Assembly: GCA_024137785.1 (NCBI GenBank)
Contig: JAHRHZ010000003.1
Location: 8,725,854 to 8,789,853, forward strand
Source of the DNA: Ginglymostoma cirratum
Lineage: Eukaryota
Length of the DNA stretch: 64,000 bases
Direction: 5' to 3'
The notes beneath the pieces were generated by a model. It saw nothing but the letters and a program-made list of their open reading frames with translations. It had not been told where the DNA came from and did no database searches. Positions 50,678 to 64,000 of this stretch are shown here, piece after piece. Every line of letters begins with the position of its first letter. Position 1 is the first letter of the stretch. Both the position numbers and the translations under genes were made by a program.

Positions 50678-50683
50678 TTTATT
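50678..50683 (-). promoter_or_regulatory. Candidate poly(A) signal of CIAO1
   Basis: AATAAA on the minus strand about 170 nt after the stop. Confidence 0.5.
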
Positions 50684-50849
50684 AATATGCAGAACATGAC
50701 CAGCGAGTGGCAAAATAATTAGTGCAAATGTGAAAATGGGTACATGAAGTAGTCATGGTGTAAAATTCCAGACCGGACAGTGCACATGCAATGCAGTTGA
50801 GTAGGATAGTCACATTGTCACATAGCATACTTCTGAATGCATGCTTGCA

Positions 50850-53800
50850 CTAATCTTCGAACTTGTACACCCAGATAGCGATGTCCCCGTCATCACTGCA
50901 GGATGCCAACAACCCTGTCTGCTTGGGGTTCCAAGCCACACAGTTGACATCCTGAGTGTGTGCCTTTGGAATGTGGGCTGTGAGTGAAAAGGTGGGTTGG
51001 TGTGGGTCCGAACCAGGGTCCTTCTCAAATATCCGGATTGCATCATCACCGCATGCAGTTGCTATCGCGTCCGTCATGTGACACCTGAAAGAAACAGGCC
51101 ATGTGAACAGGTTGCTCAGCAGTTATTGTGCTAAGACTTGACGAAGATGTTCAAGATCAAGGGTTTCAATACAGCTAATACGAATAAACCCGTGTCACGG
51201 TGCTCAATAATCAAGCAAACACAGACTTAGGTTGCTTGGTGAAAAGCCACAAAGAGAAAATATTTTCTTAAATGCACCAAGTCAGCATACAGAAGGAACA
51301 CATTAAAGTTAAAACTGGATAAATAGATTTGAAGAAACAGGCTCCACCTGAGATCCAAAAGAGGCGTTGGGCCAAGTGCCTCACAACTATCCTGTTTGTT
51401 CACACCAGTCAGAATGAGGAGGGTGTTGGTGACAGTCATAAAAGCATTTGAAATGGGGAACTTGCTGTTTGAAAAGGTTATTGATGGAATAATGTCTTTG
51501 AACTCACCAAGAAATGTCATAGATAGGGCGACTGTGGAAGCCAGATAGAGTGCAGATACATTTCCAAGAAAGATCTGATCCACTGCATATCACGCCTGTG
51601 CCAAAAAGATAATCAATTAGCATGTCCAAGTGAGACTGATTCCCACTGCACAATCAAAATGTTGCAGTGTTTCAGCTTGGAAGGGAAACATTTGAGAAAC
51701 ATGCAACACTGTTTTGTCAACAATACGAAAACCTTTCAGGAGTCATCATTTTTAATTGGCCTCTTGAAATATTAACTCAAAAGCCACCTCATCTGTGACC
51801 AGATAACTTGAGGCAGAACTAGATGGGCTGGAATCTTCTCTTCTAACTGTATTCCAAGTCACAAGCCTCACTTCCAACCAAGATCAGCGAACAAGTTTCC
51901 CATACGGCGTGAGGTGATGCTGATGAAAATTCGTGGGCCAGGAGCCCTGGTAGTTGAACCAGCAGAGCCCAGCCCAGGAATCGACACAAACAGTAGTGGA
52001 ATACTTTGTCACAGCTACAGTGGGGGCTGGAAGCTCAGGGGATTTGGGTGTCCAATGGAGTATTTGATGTCAGGTTCTTCTTTCCATCCTGAAGTGTTAT
52101 TACACACAACAATACTACTTTACCCCTCCACTCATCACCCATCTTCTCAATTAATCAGATTACTGACAAAGCCCAAAAACAACAGCGTAACAACAGTGAG
52201 ACCAAAAGGTGAGGGAGGGGGTTGGGTGACAGGGAGGGGATTGGGTGACAGGGAGGGGATTAAATCAAAATAGAGTCGAAGGGGTAGATAAGGCACTCCA
52301 CTCTGCAGTTGCACCTCTCTCTGAAGGCAAGTGTCATGAGTTTTAGACTTAAACATTTCACAAGATGATATGATAATTATAACATCATGCTCAGTTCAGT
52401 TACTCTACCTTGTTCATTGCCAGGCCTGTATGCTTTCCAGATTTTAACAGTTTTGTCATCACTGCAAGATACCAAATGCTCTCCTGTTTTATCAAATGCG
52501 ATGCTCCAAACTGTAGACTCATGACCTTCAAGAGTGTTAACACAGACCCAGTCATCATCTTCCTCCTTATATAGCTTAATGCTGTTATCATAGCTTCCAG
52601 AAGCCAGGAGCTAGTGTTGAATTCAAAAATACACATTCAGAGTTACTTGTACAGTCCTTATTATGTCACGTCTTTGAAAAGATACGTCAGTATCTGGTTC
52701 ATAAGACAACATATCCATAAATTAGAAAACATGGATACTGCAAACAACTAAGTACAGCAGTGGGAAATGTCAACTATGTTGTGAACTCTTACCTCTCCAT
52801 TTGGGTGCCAGATTACATGTTTGACATCCTGGGTATGAGCATTCAGTACACTCACACACTCATAATCATCATCTTCATCCACTAAAAGGCAAATGAGAAT
52901 GTCATCAATAGTTTTTGATATAGAGTCCTTACTCGATAGACTGAGCTGTAATCCTTCAGCACAGTGCACTACTAATTTCAGACAGCTGAGAGTCTGTGAC
53001 AGGCCTGTGGTCTATAAAACCATACACAGCATTTTAGTTTATTACTGATGGGGAAATTAACGAGTCAACATCTGCATGATTAAACAGGACGAGGAACTGG
53101 TCCTGGTGTCCATTGCATCACCTGATTGGTTTCTGAATCTATTAATGCAGTTGGATCATTATTCCTCAGTATCTCAGACTCAAACTCATCATAAATCAAG
53201 TTTTGCAATGTCCACACCTTTTGGTGCAAAAGGGAAGTTACATTGTTTAGACAGTGCTTTGGATGGAAATTATGTCCTGGTTCAGCCGGTCACTGGACCC
53301 AAAACGTTAACTCTGAATTTTTCTCCACAGATGCTGCCAGACCTGCTAAGCTTTTCCAGCAACTTCTGTTTTTGTTCCTTATTTACAGCATCCGCAGTTC
53401 TTTCAGTTTTTATGTGAAATAATCTGATTCTATTTGTGACTCTTGCATCCACTCAAGGTTTATTGTGCCTTTGTAACATTTTTCTCACCTCTACATATTT
53501 TGTTACGTCTTGTACTTTATGTTGTCATTGAGATTATACATGATCTTATAAGGAGTTGATGGCAGAGGGCTGACATCATTACAATTGGAATTGACAGGCC
53601 AAGGTCAACGTTCTGCAGAATGTGGGGTTGGATCATGACAGCCAGTCAAATTTAAATTCAGTTAACAAAATATGGAACTGAAAACAGATCTGAGCAACTT
53701 TGACCATAATACTATTAATATGTCTATTAATTTGATGGATGATTTTTAGGTATGGAAACTTGCAATCCTTACTGGTTCACCATGTACAGTGATTGAGTCT

Positions 53801-56640
53801 TAACAAGTTGGGATAGCCCATGAAAGAATACACCCTTTATAAGAAAGAATACTACACCCTTTATACAAATTATCAATATTGTGGGTGACTTTTAAGGTTC
53901 AACGGCCAAGACATGTCGCATTGAATTATGCAAATTTCAAGTACAAAAAAAGCTTTCTGGCCCATCATGTTTGTGCCAGCTGAGTCCGATGCTTTTAAAA
54001 TTCAGAACTTCAAGTGCATATCCAGCAACCGTTTAAAATATTAAGGGCTTTCTGCTTCTCCCACCATTTTAGACAGGTGTCTCGGGTGCTTTTTACAGAA
54101 TGGCATTTTCAAAAGGTATTCTATGCAAAATATCTTCTCACCTTCCCAAACCCATACACTTTTATCCCGGCTGCAAGTTGCAAGGAGATTGCCAGATGGA
54201 GCCCAGGCGACAGATTTCACTTCATTCTCGTGTCCTTCCAGTGTTGTCAAAAGCTGTGAAAACAAACACCAGGCCTGAGAAATAAACACTCAAACTTATA
54301 CCGAGTCCATTCCATTGAACAGTTCACAGAAGACCCAGCGTAACTAACACATTTATCTCACATTTTAAGCTGACCTGAGACTCAAGTTATCAATAAAATT
54401 GCTGCCGGAAATGTTGCCAGCATTATTTTGAAAACGTTGTTTCCAAAAACCGTTTCGGAACGCAATGACAGCAGTGGGTCTGGCAGGGCGTTCTGCTCAT
54501 CTGAATCTTGCAGACTGATAAAGCTGTACAGCATGGAAACGGACCATTCAGTCCAACTCAACCAGATATTCCAAATTAATCTAGTCCCATTTACCAGCAT
54601 TTGGCCCATATCCCTCAAAACCCTTCCTATTCATATACCCATCCAGACACCTTATAAATGTTGAGATTGACCCAGCTTCCACCACTTCATCTGGCAGTTC
54701 AATCTGTCCACGCACCACCCTCTGCATGAAAAGGTTGCCTCAAGGTCTCTTTTAAATCTTTCCCCTCTCAGGTTTAACCTATGCCCCCTAGTTTTGGACT
54801 CACCAACCATGGGTAAAAAACCTTGGCTATTCACCCTATCCATACTTCTACAAACTTCTATAAGGTCACCCGTCAACCTCTGACATTCCAGGTAAATTAG
54901 CTCCGGCCTATTCAGCATCTCCCTATAGCTCAAATACTCCAACACTCGCAACATCTTTCGCTTACTAACTAAACATTTGTCTCTCATTCTCAAATACACT
55001 TAATAACCCAATCTTGACAGTTGTCTGCAGTGAAGAATTTCACAGATTCACTATCCCTGGGGAGAAGAAATTCCTCCGTTTCTGTCTTAAATGAATGATC
55101 CTTCATTATGAGATTCTGCCCTCGACACCTATTCCCCAAGAAAGTGATTCAACCTTTTTATTTCTTTATTCATTCACAGGATAAGAGCTTCGCNNNNNNN
55201 NNNNNNNNNNNNNNNNNNNNNNNNNNNNNNNNNNNNNNNNNNNNNNNNNNNNNNNNNNNNNNNNNNNNNNNNNNNNNNNNNNNNNNNNNNNNNNNNNNNN
55301 NNNNNNNNNNNNNNNNNNNNNNNNNNNNNNNNNNNNNNNNNNNNNNNNNNNNNNNNNNNNNNNNNNNNNNNNNNNNNNNNNNNNNNNNNNNNNNNNNNNN
55401 NNNNNNNNNNNNNNNNNNNNNNNNNNNNNNNNNNNNNNNNNNNNNNNNNNNNNNNNNNNNNNNNNNNNNNNNNNNNNNNNNNNNNNNNNNNNNNNNNNNN
55501 NNNNNNNNNNNNNNNNNNNNNNNNNNNNNNNNNNNNNNNNNNNNNNNNNNNNNNNNNNNNNNNNNNNNNNNNNNNNNNNNNNNNNNNNNNNNNTAGGCCC
55601 GAAACGTCAAGCTTTCCTGCTCCTATGATGCTGCTTGACCTGCTGTGTTCATCCAGCCCCACGCTTGTTCTCTCGGATTCTCCAGCATCTGCAGTACCTT
55701 TTATCTCTTTTACCCCAGAACATTATCTGGTTCTCTGAATGAACAGTCCAGCGATAAAACCACTAGGCCATCGCCTCCTCTCTCTATCTACCTTGTCAAA
55801 TCCCCTCAGAATATTTTATGTTTCAATCAGGTCACCTTTCATTCTTCTGTATTCTAACGAGTCTCCGCCCAACCTCCACAACACCTCCTCAGAACGCAGT
55901 CCCTCCATACCCAACCCAGTAAATCTTCTCTGGACTGCCTGCAATCACAGTGTGTATCTCCTTCTTCGCAAAATATCCCTACTTTCAATAGAAGGCCAAC
56001 CTTTCTTTGCCTTCTCTGATCCCACTGAATTTGTGGGCGATTCCCCTGGCTCTGGATTCTGTCCTCTCCACGTCCGTCCTGTCAAGATCCGCTCCCAACC
56101 CCCGTTTCAATCTCATCTCGGTCCACAGGACGAAAATGAGAGAGAGAGAGACAGACAGACAGACGGCTTCTTGAACCCTCCTCCATCTCTATGGGGGGGG
56201 GGACATCGCCAGGCCTCAGCTGTCAGCAGGAGCAGCGAGTTCAGAGTGCGCTACCTCAAATGCGGCCTCCTTCTTCCTCCAGATGCAGGTGGTGGCGTCG
56301 AAGCTGACCGAGGCCAGGTAGGTACCGCAGGGCGACCAAGAGACCTTCCGCACGGTCCGCTGATGCCCATCTTCCAGGAGGCACTTGCACAGCCAGGAGG
56401 CCCCTGGGGGGTGTGGAAAAACAAGAGTCGGGAGAATGAAATGTGGTTGTCCCGGCCTCGTACCCCCCGCCCCGGCAGACCAATCGGGAAGCCGCTCGCA
56501 CCTTCTCTGGCCCAGATACGCACTGCCCGATCGCCTCCACACGAAGCCAGCAGCGTACCGCTCGGGCTCCAGGCCACATACCAGGCCCGGGAGTCGGGAT
56601 GCGCCGAAAAGCGGAACTCGAGCGTCAACCGCCACTTCAT
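50850..56640 (-). CDS. CIAO1: Cytosolic iron-sulfur assembly WD40 protein CIAO1; 7 exons, 337 aa
   Basis: Exons (transcript order): 56640-56502, 56403-56255, 54253-54142, 52881-52793, 52610-52409, 51595-51508, 51084-50850; all GT-AG, 1014 nt. Peptides [82 protein letters not shown] and [14 protein letters not shown]. Confidence 0.97.
53287..53413 (+). mobile_element. Penelope pLTR fragment (5'-truncated hammerhead)
   Basis: GGTCACTGGACCC-AAAACGTTAAC...CCACAGATGCTGCCAGACCTGCT; same family as 26633-26716. Confidence 0.7.
54515..54960 (-). mobile_element. CR1-type LINE 3' end
   Basis: Peptide LSYREMLNR...RLTGDLIEV...[17 protein letters not shown] plus CR1 tail. Confidence 0.8.
55010..55960 (-). 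mobile_element. CR1-type fragments interrupted by a gap and a Penelope pLTR (55594-55700, +)
   Basis: CR1-like sequence at 55010-55150 and 55705-55960; TAGGCCCGAAACGTCAAGCTTTCCTGCTCC directly follows the N-run. Confidence 0.65.
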
Positions 56641-56945
56641 CCCAGGCGCGCGAGCGACCACCCCCGAACCAGACGCGCCTTTGCCACACCTACCCCTGCT
56701 CCGGATTGGTTGGAGGTCTCGCCCATATCCAGTTTCTATTGGCGAAGGCTCCCGTCCATCAAGAGCAGATGTCACCTCTCACCAAGGCGCAGTCAGGCCC
56801 AACGTTTCGGACGTCACATCCGGATCGGAAACGGGTGCGAACTGATGGCTGCTCTCTACTAAATTATTGTCGTCGTCGTCGGTTACTGACATCGGCGTTT
56901 CGGGGGCTAGTTGTTTTCTTGCGGCGGCCCAGGCCGGAAAGGACA
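56641..56945. promoter_or_regulatory. Bidirectional CpG-island promoter of CIAO1 and TMEM127
   Basis: 305 bp between divergent ATGs inside a CpG island (~56200-57200). Two inverted CCAAT boxes (ATTGG at ~56705 and ~56738), CRE-like GACGTCAC (56810-56817) and adjacent ETS-like ACATCCGG. Confidence 0.8.
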
Positions 56946-60254
<3,309 letters not shown>

Positions 60255-62437
60255 GTCTCAGGACACATTATTTTCTCATCTCAAGTCTCACTTCACTTGA
60301 CTGTTCAAACTTGTTCAGTGGAATTCTCAACCTCAAGCACTTCACTCCAACACCTCATCATCCTTCCTGCTTGGAGGCCTAATGCTCTGATCATCTCAAC
60401 TACAAAAACGTTGGTTGTATTTTCAGTGAATCAACTTGTTCAGACATGTTATGATGCTTCTCTAGGATAGGTGAGACAAGAAACTGGGTGTTCTAGCCCA
60501 GGGGTAGATATACTACCCCTGAGTCACAAGACCCTACGAATATGTTTTTATGCTCTTGAGGGTTGATGAGACCTTTGAATGAGTTGGAGTTGACTTCTCA
60601 AGTGACCATATTTGTTAAAGAGGCAGTACCTTTTTAACTTCGGAAGGCTATATTTGAACATTTGTAAAGTTGAACATTTTATAGACTTTAAAACTTTTAA
60701 TGCTTTAAATAAACTACAATCATGTGCTTTTGCTATTATATTGCTTTGGAAGTATTTGAAGTAGTCAAAACAATTTGATTCTTAAACGTGTCAGTGTTCT
60801 TCTGAAAGGATTTGGATATTTTCTGCCCATAATTCAGTACTGCAAGTTGCCGCAGTCGAAAGGATACTGTCTCTGATTTCTTAGTCAGAAAGTAAGCATC
60901 TGCTTGTTCACACCTTAGTCTTTAATCACTCTCACATTTTACAGCTTGCCTCAGTTATTCAGCAGAGAGATCAAGGGAGCCTTTCAGAAATCTTTTGTTG
61001 GGGGCAGGGAAATTGACTGTTCACATTATGGAGTTGTCATGCTGCTGAACTGACTAACTGGGATTTGTTTACCTTCAGTTTGATTAGTTGTTTTGCTTGA
61101 CGTTTTTCTTCCCTCTCCTAATTACGATGGAAGAGGAGTTAAAAGGACTAAATTAGATTCTGAAGAATCTAATCAGGTTTTAGAATACTACTACACAGAA
61201 CAAATTCCTAGTGTGGCTTCATAAGATCAGTCATTACTGCCTCATGAACGTATATGGGCAAATTTTGCAAAGCAAAAACTTATCCCAGAGATAGCTTTCA
61301 AAGGAGAAGGAGTTGACTAAGAAATCCCAGACTTCCCCATTTGGTGCCCATTGCATTCTTCAAAGTTGAGCTTACTAACATGGACAAAAAGAAAACCAAC
61401 AATTGAGTCTAAATAAGGTGCCATAATGTCAGTGGTTTACTGAAATCCATCTATTGACACAGCTGGACTGTTATACTCCATTGGGTACAAGTGGAAGGGT
61501 TACACTGTTGAATGGTAACAACATCAACAAGGGATTATTTTAAACTGAGTCTTTGGTGTTTTACTGATTCAGAACATGCAAAGTACAAAATTGCACTTGC
61601 AGATATTGTAGCCGCCATCGTAATGGTATGTTTCAATGAGAATTGTGTCTCATGTGAAGTAGGATATCTAAACTTGTCTTTAGATCTAGAAGACACTGTA
61701 TCCTAGGCAAGGTACTCTCCCTTCCTCAAGTCAAATTAAATTCAGATTTGAGGAAACAAGCTGCCCTGCCTGAGCAACAGCGCCAACTGTTGTCATTTTT
61801 CAGGCATGCTGTTGTAGTAAATGACCAAAATTAAACTGCATTGTCAACCAAAAATACATATTGATTTTGTAGAATCGTTCACCCAACCTCAAATCATTTC
61901 CTGTGGACCTCTGTTCTGTTTTAGCATAATCTCTTACTGACTTTGCATCTTGAGCATGAATGCACTTTATGATGGGTGATGTGAAGGTGAACTGACAAGA
62001 ACAACCCTTGGTGAGTAACATTAGATTCAATAGAAAAACCTAAACACTGCCAGCAATCACTTAGGCAACTGTTTATTTTATCAAGCAACAGCCAGCTGTT
62101 GAGTAATTTGTAAATATTCCCCTATCAATGTTACAGAAAGTTACAGCACTATTCCCAACAACCTCAGAACAATGGGGCTTAATCTTCTCAATCATAATCA
62201 GCTCTGACTGACAACAGTCAATAAAATGCATAGAATTGGTGCCAAATCCTTTGCATGCTGTCTGCAAAAATCAAAGCATTAGGATGTAAAGATGTGCAAA
62301 CGTTGTTAGTAGTACGTCTGTACAGCTAATGACTTTTAATAAATATGGAATTACAAGTCAGATGAGTCACATTTTTGTAAATATCCCCACTTATTACTCA
62401 CCTACAAAGCAAAACTTAATTTGTAGGACAAGGTCAT

Positions 62438-62602
62438 AAGACACACGACACCAAGTTGTAATCCAACAGGTGAATTTGAAATCATGTGCTTTCAGACTGC
62501 TGCTCCTCCATCAAGTGAAATTCACCTGACTGAGGAGCAGTGCCGTGAAAGCTTGAGATTTCAAATAAACTTGTTGGATGATAACCTGGTGTCATGTGAC
62601 TT
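62438..62602. repeat. ~165-bp palindromic element with two decayed hammerhead-like motifs
   Basis: Arms AAGACACACGACACCAAGTT...TCCAACAGG...TTTGAAATC..GCTTTC and its reverse complement, centred on GTGAAATTCAC (~62515-62525). Confidence 0.8.
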
Positions 62603-62954
62603 CTTATTTGATCCATCCTTGTTCAACACCTGCAGCTTCACATCATAATTTGAAGTAATTGGCAAGCCTCTATTTCTAACTCAGTTTGAGGTTTATTGGC
62701 CCATAACCGGGGTCTGGTCCAGTTTGGCAAGGTGGTCTCTGCGTCTGTTCCAGCACCAGATCCGTCTGCCTGTACACTTCAAGCAACTTGCAAACAATGG
62801 CTCAGAAGAAAAACTACATACAAGAGACAACCTCCCACAAAATTTGTCAGTTGGGTTTCTGTTATTTGTATGCGTTGATGCTATGGAAAATCAGGCATAT
62901 TTCAAAACAAAAGAGTATAAAATAAATTCAACAGCGGCTTCTATGTTAAGAGAT

Positions 62955-63590
62955 AGCAAGAACTGCAGTTGCTGGAGTCAGATAACAGTATGGAGCTGGA
63001 GGAACACAGATCTGGTAGCATCAGCAGAGCAGGAAAGCTGACGTTTCAGGTCGGGAACCTTCTTTGGAAATGGGGAGGAGGAAGGTAGCTCAGAAATAAA
63101 TAGAGGAGGGGTGGGATGGTGATAGGTGAGTGCAGGGAGGGAGTGGTGAGGATTGGTCAATGTTATGGGAGGGGTGGACAGGTTGCGTCAGGTCAGCGTG
63201 GTACAGATGAGACAGAGGGTCAGACATGGAATGAGGCCAGGGGTGGGGAGATGTTAAAACTGGTAAAATCCAGCATAAAATCCACGTTTGGGCCATTGGG
63301 TTGGAGGCTCCCAAAGCGGAATATATGGTGAGCTCCTCCAGTTTGCAGGTGGCGCTACTGTGACACTGGAGGAGGCCCGGGATCAACATGTCACCCAGGG
63401 AGTGGGAGGGGGAGTTAAAATGGTTGGAAACCAGGTGTTGTTGTTTGTCACCTAGAGAGCACAAATGCTTTAAAAATGGTCTCCGAGTCTACGCTTGGTC
63501 TCACTGATGTACAGGAGGCCACACTGGGAGCAGCGGATACAGCAGACCAAGTTGATAGGTGTGCAGCTGAACCCCTGTCTGAACAACCAA
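62955..63590 (-). mobile_element. Penelope-like element 3' end: GIY-YIG endonuclease remnant, 3' UTR and pLTR
   Basis: RQGFSCTPINLVCCIRCSQCGLLYISETKRRLGDHF and VSNHFNSPSHSLGDMLIPGLLQC..CKLEE. The pLTR carries CCAAAGA-AGGTTCCCGACCT-GAAACGTC (minus strand, 63040-63067). Confidence 0.88.
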
Positions 63591-64000
63591 ACTACCACTG
63601 TAACAGTAGCACACATCTGTAAATAAAAGCTCATTGATATTGCCACTGCATCAAGCATTTAACAATCAACAAGTTATTTCATCAACTTATTCAGACATAG
63701 GGTCTCTAATGCCTGGGACAAGTGAGATGTGGCCCTAACTTGCTAAATAACCAACTACATACTATATAAGATGGGATGATTGTACTGCAGGGCTATGAAG
63801 TCACCAATTTGAACATAAATAGGACATACCTCAAAGGTTTACCCTTGGCCATGACACAATTGAGAACTCTGTCTTTTCTTCCTACTCCAGTATCCAGAAG
63901 AGCGCTTCTACATAACTGAATTTTCTTTACCTCCCCATCACCAAACGACCTGTGATGTATTTTCACCTATGAACCACCGCCAATAAATTACCCATGTTTT

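Noticed and set aside
55739-56845. 368-aa plus-strand ORF
   Set aside because: Starts in CR1 debris and runs antisense through GC-rich CIAO1 exons 1-2; low stop density in a CpG island explains it and there is no recognisable domain.
56385-56945. In-frame N-terminal extension of TMEM127 (upstream ATG at 56769)
   Set aside because: Lies within the promoter and CIAO1 exon 1; similarity to known TMEM127 begins at MYGP (56946).

Overview
Vertebrate genomic DNA, most likely from a cartilaginous fish (shark-like). This rests on HE1/V-SINE-type SINEs, CR1/HER1-type LINE tails and abundant Penelope-like repeats; the species cannot be determined from the sequence. The window holds four intron-containing genes: the last four coding exons of SLC20A1 (PiT-1, +); complete SNRNP200/Brr2 (+, 45 coding exons, 2138 aa, one GC-AG intron); complete CIAO1 (-, 7 exons, 337 aa); and complete TMEM127 (+, 3 coding exons, 237 aa). 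CIAO1 and TMEM127 are head-to-head with 305 bp between the start codons. The most notable non-coding signal is about ten hammerhead-ribozyme motifs (CUGAnGA-stem II-GAAA-palindrome-UH) in Penelope-like pseudo-LTR repeats. Two copies with intact cores and full stem I lie in sense orientation in SNRNP200 introns 14 and 18. All three assembly gaps abut this motif. There is also a ~480-bp inverted duplication just upstream of the SNRNP200 promoter. Exon boundaries were read by hand and give continuous reading frames. Repeat boundaries are approximate, and family names come from recalled similarity, not database searches.
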